Source: an uncultured cyanobacterium
GTDB lineage: Bacteria > Cyanobacteriota > Cyanobacteriia > CAKZMO01
Direction of reading: 5' to 3'
NCBI GenBank assembly: GCA_963719515.1
Contig: CAVRCJ010000019.1
Span: forward strand, 1 to 64,000
DNA: 64,000 nucleotides
Shown here in pieces: positions 49,760 through 60,660 of the stretch. The notes beneath the pieces were generated by a model that made no database searches, was not told the origin of the DNA, and saw nothing but the letters and a program-made list of their open reading frames with translations. A program made the translations under genes and the position numbers. Every line of letters starts with the position of its first letter. The stretch's first letter is position 1.

Positions 49760-50145
49760 TCAGGATGTTGGGGCGGGCTCCGGGCGCTCTATTGTTGATG
49801 TATTGGGAAATGGCGCTGCCCGGCACCCGGTGTAGCAGTCCTCGGACAGCAGCTACCGTTCCCGACACAGGCACATCGGCTTAGTTTCCCCCGCGTTGAT
49901 GCCGGACAGAACGTATTTGGCGTCAGGAACCAGCGCGTTCACGGCAACGCGGGCACAGTCGGCGGGGGTACCGTCTAATCGATGGCAATGGGCTGACCCC
50001 AAGTGAGCTGATGACTGCAGCCCGAGTGGGCCCGGGCGGGGGCAACGGTGACCGACTCGATGATGCCGCAAAGCGTGAGCGCCTGTTTGAGAGATTGAAT
50101 ACCGGGGGCGTCAATGCCGTCGTCGTTGGTGAGGATGAAAGTCAT
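49760..50145 (-). pseudogene. surE: Degraded surE (5'/3'-nucleotidase) copy 1
   Basis: MTFILTNDDGIDAPG, SGCSH, DGTPADC, VLSGINAG, SGTVAA in shifting frames; 3' part missing. Confidence 0.75.
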
Positions 50146-50154
50146 TTTGAGTTT

Positions 50155-51120
50155 TTAGCGGGCTGGCAGTCTTCCAGGGTCGATGGTGTCGCCGAGTAAG
50201 TTTAGAATGTGCTGGGCCTCTTCGGCTCGATTTTCTTGCTGTAGCAGCGCCGCCAGCGCCAGATAGGTATCCGAAACGCTAATGAACTTCTCAATCGCAG
50301 CAAGCTGCGGAGTATCACTTCGCTATGCCTCACACACTTCGTGGCTCGGCTTCGCTCAACAGCGCCCTATCGAGCGCTGTTCTCTAGACCGCAGCAAGCT
50401 GCGGGGTATGTGACCCAGAGAACTAGATAAAAAGGCCTGCTGCTGCGCCTGGGACAGGTCACGGATGTTGCGACGAATGGCTTCGCGGACTTCAACCGAC
50501 TGCTGCAGGACGTTGATTGCCTGCTCAGTTTGATTTTGCCCCACGAGGAGGATACCGATATTACCCAGCAGCGCGCCTTCTCCCGGTAAGTCTCCGATCT
50601 CCTGGGCTATGGCCAGGGCCTGCTGGTAGGCTGCGATCGCCTGCTGGTTTTGCCCAAGGTTACGATAGGCAATGCCGAGGTTTCCCAAAGCATAACTTTC
50701 TCCTCGTCGGCTTCCTATCGCACGAAGAACGACGAGCTGCTGCGCGTACAGTTCGAGGGCTTGCTGGTGCTGGCCTAGGTTATGGTGCGTAAGGCCCAAG
50801 CTCCCCAAGACGATCGCTTGGCTAGGCCGATCTCCTAACTCTCGGTAAACCTCAAGCGCCTGCTGAAAAGACTGTAGCGCCTCTCGAAATTGGCCAGCGC
50901 CTAGTTGCTCATTGCCCTGCTGAAGGCGTTGAGCTGCCTCTGCTGGTTCGGTAGCGCTCGGCTGCACGGCAGCCTTTGATAGTGCTACCGCTGGCGTTGA
51001 CAGCAGTAGCACCCCCGTCAGTACCAAAGCCGCGCTACGTCCAGAACTCCATACATTTACTGTCGGTCGAAGGATGTTGAGCCAGATGGTGTGCCAGTGC
51101 ATTGTGACGTTCTCAACCAA
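50155..51120 (-). pseudogene. TPR-repeat protein interrupted near its C-terminus by a 144-bp element
   Basis: TPR repeats; removing 50282-50425 restores QQAFLS-SVSDTYLALAALLQQENRAEEAQHILNLL..* in frame. Confidence 0.75.
50282..50425 (-). mobile_element. Non-autonomous hairpin element (PATE/IS200-IS605-end-like MITE)
   Basis: Two same-orientation copies of CGCAGCAAGCTGCGG(A/G)GTAT near the ends; CTA at both junctions; precise excision restores the host ORF. Confidence 0.75.
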
Positions 51121-51212
51121 AGTACACTCGCTCCGCTAAATTTAACCTGCTCTTATGCCGCTCTCAGGCGATCGCCATAGAGTAAGCACCAGACGTTTCC
51201 CCACAAATCCCA

Positions 51213-51782
51213 ATGCGCCGCTATCTCCTCGGACTCATTCCCGCCGCCGCTCTTGCCCTAGGCCATCCCCAAAGCCCGGTGGCCTTTACCGTTCTGCCGC
51301 CTGCTCAAGCTCAAACAAACACTCCCCAGACAGACGCCGCCCTAACGCCAATGACCGCTGAGCGGCTGGACGGCATCTTGAACGACACAGCTGACGCCGT
51401 GGAGGGCAGCGCCGGACAGCGCCAGGTCTCCGTCGATGGCCAAACTCTATTAGTGCTGGTCAACGAGGAGGTTGACCGCATGCGCATCGTCGCCCCCATC
51501 GTTCCTGCCGCCGACGTTAACCCCGGCCAAATCGGCAATATCCTGGTGGCCAACTTCCACACCACCCTAGACGCCCGCTACGCCGTCAGCGAAGGCACCG
51601 TGGTCGCCACCTTCGCCCATCCGCTCTCGACGCTGCAGGACCGCGACCTGCGATCGGCGCTGCGCCAGGTGGCGAGCCTAGTGGAGACCTTTGGCAGCAC
51701 CTACACCAGCGGGGAGCTGCTGTTTGGCCCCAACGGCGAGTCCGTTGAGAGGGATGAGATCGAAGGGGGGCTGCAGATCTAG
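51213..51782 (+). CDS. Hypothetical secreted protein (YbjN/chaperone-like fold suspected)
   Basis: Signal peptide; DRMRIVAPI, ANFHTTLDARYA, FGSTYTSG. Confidence 0.75.
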   Translation: MRRYLLGLIPAAALALGHPQSPVAFTVLPPAQAQTNTPQTDAALTPMTAERLDGILNDTADAVEGSAGQRQVSVDGQTLLVLVNEEVDRMRIVAPIVPAADVNPGQIGNILVANFHTTLDARYAVSEGTVVATFAHPLSTLQDRDLRSALRQVASLVETFGSTYTSGELLFGPNGESVERDEIEGGLQI

Positions 51783-51783
51783 C

Positions 51784-51960
51784 TCAACGGCGATCGATGG
51801 CAATGGGCTGACCCCGAGTGAGCTGGTGACTGCAGCCCGAGTGGGGCCGGGTGGGGGCAACGGTGACCGAGTCGGTGATGCCGCAAAGCGTGAGCGCCTG
51901 TTTGAGAGATTGAATACCGGGGGCATCAATGCCGTCGTCGTGGGTGAGGATGAAGGTCTT
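51784..51960 (-). pseudogene. surE: surE 5' fragment copy 2
   Basis: TFILTHDDGIDAPG..HSGCSHQ; direct repeat of 49978-50143. Confidence 0.75.
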
Positions 51961-52335
51961 TAATACCCCCGATATCCACAAAGCGTTGTACTCAGCAACT
52001 TGCTCAATGCAGTAATTTCACTCTTTGAGCAACTCTTTCGGGCAGCTGAGCGTCGGTTAAATTCGCGTACTCTAACGATGTTTTTCGTAAATCAGCGTTG
52101 GTAAATTTTGCGCCCGTTATCTCTACATGCTCTAGGGACGCTTCTAACAGCGTTGCGCCAGTCAAATCTGCATCTGTCAATGTCGCCCCATCTAAATTGG
52201 CTTGAGATAGGTTTACGCCGCGCAGCGTTGCGCCCTGTAGATTTACCCCTTGAAGGTATCAAACGGAAGTGTCTCCATACTCTGTCAATCGACAGACTTG
52301 GGCGCTCACTCTTTTGGCCCGCCGTGGGTATCGAA

Positions 52336-53997
52336 CTACTGACTTACAAAAACCTGCGCCTCATATCCTCCAATATCGATCGCAAGCTCCTCCCCCGCTT
52401 CAACGTCGTATCCCCGGGTCCATTCGCGCCAGCCTGAAGCTGCCGGCATTGGGGACACCCGGTAGCCCTCCAAAAACCGATCGGAGAAGTTGGCGACAAC
52501 GACAACCCGTGACCCCTCGCCGTTCCACCGGCCGTAGGCTATAACCTTCGACTCTAAATCTTCGTGAAAAAAGTCGATGTTAGCCGTGTAGAGGGCGTGG
52601 GTTGTTTTGCGGAGGTTGATGAGGCCGCTGCAGTAGTCTAGCAGGCTATGGTTGGCGTCATTCTCAAGCAGCGACCAGCCTATCTTATTGTCCCCGCCCT
52701 CTAAGGACTGATAAGCGCCAAACTCCTCTCCCATCAGGACGAGTGGTATGCCAACGGCGGTCATCAGCAGCGCAAAGCCCAGCTTGATCCGATCAAACGC
52801 GGCCTCATCGAAGATGTCGCGATCGCCTAGCTCCACCATTAGCCGCTTCTGGTCATGGTTGGTTAGGTAGTTGACTACGTTGGTTGGCCCCATAAATCCC
52901 TGCCGCTTGGCGTCCAGGGCGTCTTTGAGCTGATCGATATCAAAGCGATCGCCGCAGATGTGGGCCTTGACGGTGTGGTAGAAACTCTCGTGCCAGCAGC
53001 CATCCATGGGACCGTCGGCGTTGGTGATCTCCGTGGTCTCGGGGATGTGCTCGGCGACGTTGTAGAAAGGCTTCACCGGGGTCGCGGTTTCGGCCTCCTG
53101 CACAATCCAATGCATGAAATCGTAGTTGCCCAACTGGCGAGCGGCGTCGTAGCGAATGCCGTCGATGTGGTATTGATCAACCCAATAGCGTACCACATCC
53201 CCCAGGAATTTGCGGGCGGGGTAAGTTTCGAGCTTTTCGTCGTAGTGCGCTAGGTTAAACTCGGGGCCCCAGCTGTTGTCGGGGTCTCGGGGAGAGTGGT
53301 GGTACCAATAATCGTGATCGATTTGGGTGAGCGGGCCGGACGACTCAGAGTGATTAAAGATGGCGTCCATAATGACGCGAATACCGCGAGCGTGGCATTC
53401 GTCAATCAGCCGCTTGAGGTTTGCCGAGGTGCCGTAGCTCGACTCACAGGCGAAGAAGTGCCGTGGATTATACCCCCGGCTCTCCTGGCCTGGAAACTCC
53501 ATGAAGGGCATAAACTCGATGGCGTTGATCCCCAGGTTGACCAGGTAGTCTAGCTTTTCGATAACCCGCTCACAGTCGCTGCCCGACTGAGAATCACCGC
53601 CGGCAAAGTCCCCGATGTGCATTTCGTAGATCACCAGGGCGTCGTCCGGCGGTAGCGACTGGTCGTCGTGCTGCCAGACGTAGGTGTCCGTAATGCGATC
53701 GCCATCTTTGATTACCAACACCCCGTTTTGGGAATCGTCGTCGACAATGGCGGTCGCATAGGGATCGGTCACGCTGACCCATTCGTCAGGCTCTAGAAAC
53801 CAAGAGCGCGATCGCACTCGAAATTTGTATTCGTATTGCCCATCTTTCAGCTCAACCTGCCCATGAAAATGACCGGTATCGTCTTTCTCCATGGGGATGC
53901 CCTCCCAGTCAGAAAAGCATCCTGCCAAGGAGACTGCTTCGTTGTAGGGCGCAAACAGTTTAAAGGTTATAGGACTGGACAAGGGTACTCTCTCCAA
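52336..53997 (-). CDS. GH13 alpha-amylase family with N-terminal CBM48
   Basis: FKLFAPYN..GCFSDW, IYEMH, DAIFNH, IDGIRYD, VAE, NHD; exact start uncertain. Confidence 0.88.
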   Translation of the reverse strand: MERVPLSSPITFKLFAPYNEAVSLAGCFSDWEGIPMEKDDTGHFHGQVELKDGQYEYKFRVRSRSWFLEPDEWVSVTDPYATAIVDDDSQNGVLVIKDGDRITDTYVWQHDDQSLPPDDALVIYEMHIGDFAGGDSQSGSDCERVIEKLDYLVNLGINAIEFMPFMEFPGQESRGYNPRHFFACESSYGTSANLKRLIDECHARGIRVIMDAIFNHSESSGPLTQIDHDYWYHHSPRDPDNSWGPEFNLAHYDEKLETYPARKFLGDVVRYWVDQYHIDGIRYDAARQLGNYDFMHWIVQEAETATPVKPFYNVAEHIPETTEITNADGPMDGCWHESFYHTVKAHICGDRFDIDQLKDALDAKRQGFMGPTNVVNYLTNHDQKRLMVELGDRDIFDEAAFDRIKLGFALLMTAVGIPLVLMGEEFGAYQSLEGGDNKIGWSLLENDANHSLLDYCSGLINLRKTTHALYTANIDFFHEDLESKVIAYGRWNGEGSRVVVVANFSDRFLEGYRVSPMPAASGWREWTRGYDVEAGEELAIDIGGYEAQVFVSQ

Positions 53998-54357
53998 GGC
54001 GGTGTTCGTTAGCTGTTGCGAAGATAATTTAATCTTTCGTTAGCAAACTTCTTTCGCTTGGTAAACCTTCAGTTAGCCTAGGCGGTTTGCTGCTCGTCTC
54101 CCGCCTTTCTAATCAGTAGAAAGGCCCCACCAATAGCTAAAAATAGAACACCCCACCACAGCGAGTTGCCCGGCAGTATTTTTAATAAGAGGGTCGTAAT
54201 GCCTGAGGTGATCAAAGACCAGCCGGCAGTTGTCCGGTACTTTATCATTTTTATTATCCAAAGCGCTTCATCTAACTAACCGTAGATTAAGCTATAGCGG
54301 CTAATTTCTAATCTATCAACGGAGATAAGCGTCAGTACTATTCTCAATCCAAAAACC

Positions 54358-55626
54358 TCAATCAAAAATAGTGATATCAATTAGCGGATCAACCTCAAAA
54401 TCAGCGGCCGTCAGCCGGTCGCGAATCGATTTAGACAGCTGAGCCTGGAGCGCTTCGTCTGACAAATTACCCGTCCCCTGACGCTGGACAGCAACTTCCA
54501 CGAGTAAAGGCGTTTGGCTAGAGACATCGACGCTGGGAAAGCGCACCGACGTTTCGATCAGCTTGACGGCCTCAGCCTGTCGAACGACCTCTTGCACTTC
54601 GGCGTCGGCGCGCTGCGCCCGGCTAGAGCGCTGCAGGAAGGGCGAGCTGCTAAACTGCCAGGTCAACAGGCCAGCCATGAGCAGCGCCGATGCCAGCAGC
54701 ACGATTGGCAGCACCCCCCGCCTGCCGCGGCTGTACTTTGCTTTCTTGGCCGACAAACCGCGCCACCGAAAAACTGCGGCGGCTGAGAGGTTAATGCCTG
54801 CCAGCTGAAGCAACAGCAGAAACAGCCCGCTTTGAATCAGCTCTGGCTGCCACAGGGCGATCGCCATTCCGGTAAGGCCAGTAGGTGGAGCGAGGGACGC
54901 AGCCACGAGGACGCCGACAGCAGCTCCAGAAACCAGGCTGCTGCGTCGTGACTGAATTAGAAAAATTGCCCCTGCCGCCCCTGCGGCTAGCGGCAAGAGT
55001 ACAGTGATGCTCGAAATCTGGCCCGTATCGACCATCAGTTGGGTAATGACCCGCTGCTGCAGCGCAACGCTCAGCAGCGCCGACGTAGCGATGCAAACGG
55101 CCAAGGCGGAGAAATAGCGCAGCAAGCTTCGCCAGAGCAAAGCGACATCCCCTCGGGCTGTGGCGATGGCCAGGTTCATGGCGGGTCCGGCGAAGGGGGC
55201 GATCAGCATCGAGGCCGTCAGCAAGAAGCTGCTGTTGGTGTACAGCCCGACCCAAACCACAACGCCGGCGATCGCGGCATAGCTCAAAAATCCCCACCAT
55301 GAGCCCACGCTCTGCAGGCCCGCCAAAAAGATTTCAATGGGGCTGCGCTGTTCGACATCGATGACCTGCTGCGGTGCCTCCGACGCCGGCGGGTGGAGGG
55401 CAACAACGCCATCAGGAATCCAGTTGATATGGATGTTTGAAATAGGGTCTAAGCTCTTTAGCAGGGCCTCGACCCGGCTATTGGAAACGTGGGCGACGAC
55501 GAGCTCTACAGGAGCACTTTGGCTGGTTGCCTCTACCCGTAATATATTGGTTCCATCGTGAGACTCAGCGAGCTGAACGACTTTTTCACCCTCGCCTTTA
55601 GGAACCTGAATCCAAAGCTGTCGCAT
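54358..55626 (-). CDS. DUF389 membrane protein
   Basis: ASMLIAP..GP, GVLVAASLAPP, multiple TM helices. Confidence 0.82.
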   Translation of the reverse strand: MRQLWIQVPKGEGEKVVQLAESHDGTNILRVEATSQSAPVELVVAHVSNSRVEALLKSLDPISNIHINWIPDGVVALHPPASEAPQQVIDVEQRSPIEIFLAGLQSVGSWWGFLSYAAIAGVVVWVGLYTNSSFLLTASMLIAPFAGPAMNLAIATARGDVALLWRSLLRYFSALAVCIATSALLSVALQQRVITQLMVDTGQISSITVLLPLAAGAAGAIFLIQSRRSSLVSGAAVGVLVAASLAPPTGLTGMAIALWQPELIQSGLFLLLLQLAGINLSAAAVFRWRGLSAKKAKYSRGRRGVLPIVLLASALLMAGLLTWQFSSSPFLQRSSRAQRADAEVQEVVRQAEAVKLIETSVRFPSVDVSSQTPLLVEVAVQRQGTGNLSDEALQAQLSKSIRDRLTAADFEVDPLIDITIFD

Positions 55627-55947
55627 AGCAAAATCTTAGTTTTGAGGGGGAGAAATTCCTAGATCGAACTAAGTTTAGTATTGATGTTATTAGCTGGCGC
55701 AGTAGCGCGCTATTTTTAGCTTTTAAAATTTTAGCTTTTAAATATCTTTTTGTATTTTCATCAGAGTACTTCTAAGGAAAAGATAAATTATCTGTCTAAA
55801 GAAGCAGTTATTTCATAGCGTCATGCGGCACAAATTCGCGCACTGTGACCGAAAACGCTCTGAAATATCTCTGCAGGAAGACCAAGCCAAACGAAATATC
55901 TGCCATGGTAGCGGTGCCAGTATTCCTATCGCGACGTGAGAGCAGCT

Positions 55948-57437
55948 ATGTTTGGTCCAAACGGTGTCATGATGCAGTACTTCCACTGGTACCTACCGCC
56001 GGATGGAAGTCTATGGAGACAGCTCTCTAAGCAAGCTCAGGGCCTAGCGGAAATCGGCATCACGGCGGTTTGGCTCCCGCCCGCCACCAAAGGCACTAGC
56101 GGTGGCTACGACGTCGGCTACGGGCTCTATGACCTCTACGACTTAGGAGAGTTCGACCAGAAGGGCAGCGTTCGCACCAAATACGGCACCAAAGACGAGC
56201 TGATTGCAGCCGTTAAAACCGCCAAAGCTATCGACATCCAGGTCTACTCCGACGTGGTGCTCAATCACATGATGGGCGCTGATCAAATGGAAGAGCCTAA
56301 AGCGACGCCCTACGACCCCAATACTGGCGCAGAGCCCATTGGCGACAGTCGCACCGTCAAGGTGTGGACGCACTTCATGTTTCCGGGGCGCGGCGGCAAA
56401 TACTCAGAAATGGAATGGCACTGGTGCAATTTTGACGCCGTCGATTACAACGCCTACGACGAAGACTACAAAGCGATCTATGTGTTTGAAGGCAAAGGCT
56501 TTGACGCCAACGTTGCCTCAGATGAAGGGATCTACGACTACCTGATGGGCTGCGACATCGATATGGGCGCAGAAGACGTTCGCGGGGCGCTCAACGACTG
56601 GGGCGTCTGGTTCGTCAACACCACCGACGTGGACGGATTTCGCTTCGACGCCGTCAAGCACGTCCGGGCCGACTTTCTCCCCCCTGGCTTGAGCACTGTC
56701 GGCAGGAAACCGGGAAAGACCTATTTGTGGTGGGGGAGTACTGGTCTGAAGACGTGGAGGCCCTGCATCACTTTATCGCCTCTATCGGTGAAGATGTACA
56801 CCTGTTCGACGCGCCGCTGCACTACAACTTTCACCGGGCCAGCAACAGCGGCAATAGCTACGACCTGCGACAGATCTTCGACAACACCCTGGTGCAGCAC
56901 CAGCCCACCCTGGCGGTCACCCTGGTAGAAAACCACGACTCCCAACCGCTGCAAACCCTCGCCTCGGTGGTTGAGCCCTGGTTTAAGCCCTTAGCCTACG
57001 CGCTGATTTTGCTGCGCCGCGAGGGCTACCCCTGCATCTTTTACGCCGATTACTACGGCGCTCACTACAAAGATCAGGGGAACGACGGCGGCGAGTATGA
57101 GATCTGGCTCGACAGTCACCAGTGGATGATCGACAAGTTTTTGTATGCCCGCCGCACCTACGCTTACGGCGATCAGTACGACTACTTTGACCACCCCAAT
57201 ACAATCGGCTGGACCCGCCTAGGTGATGAAGCGCATTCGGGCGGGATGGCGGTTGTATTGACGAACGGGGATGCTGGGCGTAAGTGGATGGAAGTCGGGC
57301 AGGCCAATCGCACCTACGTCGATGTCACGGAACATATTGGCGAGCCTGTGACCACCAACGAGCACGGCTGGGGAGAATTTCGCTGCCCGGCGGGGTCGGT
57401 TTCGGTTTGGGTGCCGCAGCCCTTCTCCCCTAGCTAA
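55948..57437 (+). pseudogene. Alpha-amylase (GH13_5, AmyA-like), single frameshift at ~56680
   Basis: NGVMMQYFHW, VGYGLYDLYDLGEF, GFRFDAVKH then frame change to VGEYW..NHDSQP; one base missing in the C6 run. Confidence 0.85.
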
Positions 57438-57452
57438 GGCTTAGAACGAGGC

Positions 57453-60344
57453 TCAAAACGCTCCATCCAGCGCCGCCACGCATCGCTCGCACAGCAGCGG
57501 ATGGGCCTCAAACTGCCCCACTTGCGTCGAGTGGTTCCAGCAGCGATCGCACTTCTCCCCGTCGGCGTCCGCTACCCCCAGGCTCACCGCGCTGCCGCCG
57601 ATGGTGGCCTGCTCCTGGTATTTCGCCTGCGCCAGACCTTCGGGCAAGTCCAGCAGCGTCACCTGGGACGTAATAAACAGGTAGCGCAGCTCGTCTACGC
57701 CATCGCCCGCCAGGCTGTCGGGGTTTAGGGCCGCCAGCCGCTGCCGCAGGTCGGCATCCTCTACGCTCAGCAGCACCTTCGCCGCCAAAGACGAGCCGAT
57801 CGCCTTGTCGGTGCGGGCCTGCTCGAGCACCTTGTTGGCCGCCTGGCGCAGCTCCCGCAGCTCCGACCAGCGCTCGGTGAGGTCGGGGCGCTTCCACTGG
57901 TCTTCCATCTGCACCCAGCCCGCCTGAAACACAGACTCACAGGGCGTCTCGTAGGGCATCTGCTGCCAGATATCCTCCGCCATATGGCAAAGTACGGGGG
58001 CGATCGCCCGCGCCAGGTTTTCGATGGCTACGGTCAGCACGGTTTGGCAGCTGCGGCGGCGCTTAGCGTCAGCGGCGCTGATGTAGAGCCGGTCCTTTGC
58101 CATGTCCAGATAGAAGTTGGACAGGTCCACCACGCAGAAGTTTTGCACCGCCTGGAAAAAGCGGAAAAACTGATAGGTGTCGAAGGCGTTGGTGACGTCG
58201 GCGAATACCTCCGTCATCCGGTGCAGCATGTACTGGTCGAGCTCCGGCAGCTCGGCGTAGGGCACGGCGTCCGTCTGCGGATTGAAGTCGTGCAGGTTGC
58301 CCAGCAGGAAGCGGGCCGTGTTGCGGATTTTGCGGTAGATGTCGGAGAGCTGCCTGAGTATCGACTTACCCAAGGGCATATCGGAGGAGTAGTCCACCGA
58401 GGACACCCACAGCCGCAGCACATCCGCCCCGTAGGCCGGATTTTGCTTTTTGTCCTTGCCGCCCTCAATGATTACCGCCGGGTCCACCACGTTGCCCACC
58501 GACTTGCTCATCTTGCGCCCCTGCTCGTCCAGGGTGAAGCCGTGGGTGAGCACGGTTTTATAGGGGGCGCAGCCGTTGGTGGCCACGCTGGTGAGCAGGC
58601 TGGACTGGAACCAGCCCCGGTGCTGGTCGGAGCCCTCCAGGTAGAGGTCTACGGGGTACTGCAGCGCCTCTCGCTGCTGGGCCACCGCCGCCCAAGAGGA
58701 GCCCGAGTCGAACCACACGTCCATGGTGTCGGTGCCCTTGCGGTAGCTGCGGCCGTTGCTGCGGTAGGGTTCGGGCAAGAGATCGGCTACGGGCATCTCC
58801 CACCAGGCGTCGGAGCCATGCTCGGCAAAAATGGCCTGCACGTGGGCGATGGTCTCCTGGGTCATCAGCGGCTCCCCCGTCTCTTCGTCGTAGAACACAG
58901 GGATGGGGACGCCCCAGCTGCGCTGCCGGGAGATGCACCAGTCGGAGCGCTCGGACACCATGGCGGTGATCCGGTTCTCCCCTTGGGCCGGCACCCAGTT
59001 CACCTCGGCGATCGCCTTCATGGCCTCATCTCGGAAGCCCTCCACCGAGGCAAACCACTGCTCCGTGGCCCGATATATCGTTGGCTTTTTGGTGCGCCAG
59101 TCGTAGGGATAGCGGTGCTGATACTGATGCTCTTTGAGCAGAACCTTGGCCTCTACGAGGGCTTCAATCACCGCTTCGTTGGCGTTCTTGAGCACGTTCA
59201 GCCCTTCAAACGGACCCGCCTCTTTCGTAAAGTTACCCGCCTCGTCCACCGGGCAGAGCACCGGCAACCCGTAGCGCTGCCCCACGCGAAAGTCATCTTC
59301 GCCGTGGCCCGGTGCGGTATGCACCAGACCCGTGCCCGACTCAGTGGTCACATAGTCCCCGCCGATGACGATGGGGCTCTCCCGGTCAAACAGCGGGTGC
59401 TGGTAGGTGGAATGCTCCAGCGCCTCGCCTTTTACCTCAGCCTTGATCGTCAGGCTAACGCCCAAGGTCTCGCTCAGCGACTCCACGAGGTCCTTGGCCA
59501 CCAGCAAATATTTGAACGGCGTCGGGTTGCCCTCCCCTGCCTCCACCACCACATAGGTCAGCTCCGGATTCACCGCCACCGCCAGGTTGGCCGGAATTGT
59601 CCAAGGGGTCGTGGTCCAGATGGCGACGCCGGTGCTGCCCAGGTACGGCCCCAGGGCCGCCTCCGCCTCTGCGGCCACCTTGCGCAGCGCAAAGGCCACG
59701 TAGATGCTGCGGGACACATGGCCCTCGGGATACTCTAGCTCCGCTTCCGCCAGCGCCGTGCGCGAGCTGGGGCTCCAGTGGACCGACTTCAGCCCCCGGT
59801 AGATGTGGCCCTTGAGCACCATCTCCCCAAACACACCAATCTGCGCCGCCTCATACTCCGGCAGCAGGGTCAAGTAGGGGTGGTCCCAGTCTCCCCAAAC
59901 GCCATAGCGCTTAAAGCTCTCCCGCTGCTGGTCCACCTGCTCTAGCGCCCACTGCTTGGCCCGTTTGCGCAGCTGAATCGGCGTCAGGTCTCGCCGCTCC
60001 GCAGACTTCATCGCCTGCAGCACCTTGAGCTCAATGGGCAGTCCGTGGCAGTCCCAGCCGGGAACGTAGGAAGCTTTGCGGCCCCTCAGCAGCTGGTACT
60101 TATTGATGATGTCCTTGAGGGTTTTGTTGAGGGCGTGGCCGATGTGCAGCGCGCCGTTGGCGTAGGGCGGCCCGTCGTGTAGGGTGAAAGGCTCGCCGGG
60201 GTTTGCTTTAGACAGCGTCTCGTAAATCTGGTGCTCAGCCCAAAACGCCTGCAGCTCCGGCTCCCGCTTGATGGCGTTTGCCCGCATGTCGAACGAGGTC
60301 TGGGGAAGGTTGACGGTGTCTTTGTAGGTTCCTGCTTTGGTCAC
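57453..60344 (-). CDS. ileS: Isoleucine-tRNA ligase
   Basis: HDGPPYANG..HIGH, GWDCHGLP, WCISRQR, KMSKS, C-terminal CDRC..CERC zinc finger; GTG start inferred. Confidence 0.97.
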   Translation of the reverse strand: MTKAGTYKDTVNLPQTSFDMRANAIKREPELQAFWAEHQIYETLSKANPGEPFTLHDGPPYANGALHIGHALNKTLKDIINKYQLLRGRKASYVPGWDCHGLPIELKVLQAMKSAERRDLTPIQLRKRAKQWALEQVDQQRESFKRYGVWGDWDHPYLTLLPEYEAAQIGVFGEMVLKGHIYRGLKSVHWSPSSRTALAEAELEYPEGHVSRSIYVAFALRKVAAEAEAALGPYLGSTGVAIWTTTPWTIPANLAVAVNPELTYVVVEAGEGNPTPFKYLLVAKDLVESLSETLGVSLTIKAEVKGEALEHSTYQHPLFDRESPIVIGGDYVTTESGTGLVHTAPGHGEDDFRVGQRYGLPVLCPVDEAGNFTKEAGPFEGLNVLKNANEAVIEALVEAKVLLKEHQYQHRYPYDWRTKKPTIYRATEQWFASVEGFRDEAMKAIAEVNWVPAQGENRITAMVSERSDWCISRQRSWGVPIPVFYDEETGEPLMTQETIAHVQAIFAEHGSDAWWEMPVADLLPEPYRSNGRSYRKGTDTMDVWFDSGSSWAAVAQQREALQYPVDLYLEGSDQHRGWFQSSLLTSVATNGCAPYKTVLTHGFTLDEQGRKMSKSVGNVVDPAVIIEGGKDKKQNPAYGADVLRLWVSSVDYSSDMPLGKSILRQLSDIYRKIRNTARFLLGNLHDFNPQTDAVPYAELPELDQYMLHRMTEVFADVTNAFDTYQFFRFFQAVQNFCVVDLSNFYLDMAKDRLYISAADAKRRRSCQTVLTVAIENLARAIAPVLCHMAEDIWQQMPYETPCESVFQAGWVQMEDQWKRPDLTERWSELRELRQAANKVLEQARTDKAIGSSLAAKVLLSVEDADLRQRLAALNPDSLAGDGVDELRYLFITSQVTLLDLPEGLAQAKYQEQATIGGSAVSLGVADADGEKCDRCWNHSTQVGQFEAHPLLCERCVAALDGAF

Positions 60345-60660
60345 GGCTAAATTCAGTGTTAAGGCTGGCGGCGGTTGTCTAGAATCAAGGCAAGCGGTGG
60401 GAGTCAGGGCGAGAAGCCAGATTATGATCTGGCCTGACCTTGACTCCAAAGGCCGGGGGCGGTCCGTAAACTGGAGATAGGGTTGGGTCTTTCGACTGTG
60501 ACCGTCCCTTTATGTAAAGCTCTATCCTACTTCGTATACCTGCTTAGAGGGTAAACCTCTCGTTAAGTTGATCCGCAGATTGCGAATTCCGGCAGCGTCA
60601 GGGCTGTATTACATAGCGTGGCATCGCACAGCGCGGCGTAATAGACACTTCAGCCCAACA

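Noticed and set aside
52108..52544. Short plus-strand ORFs overlapping the GH13 3' end
   Set aside because: They overlap a real gene on the opposite strand and show no motifs
57984..59738. 584-aa ORF antisense to ileS
   Set aside because: Shadow ORF from the GC-rich codon bias of ileS; no recognisable motifs
60345..60660. T-box or riboswitch upstream of ileS
   Set aside because: No T-box consensus visible, and T-boxes are not typical of cyanobacteria
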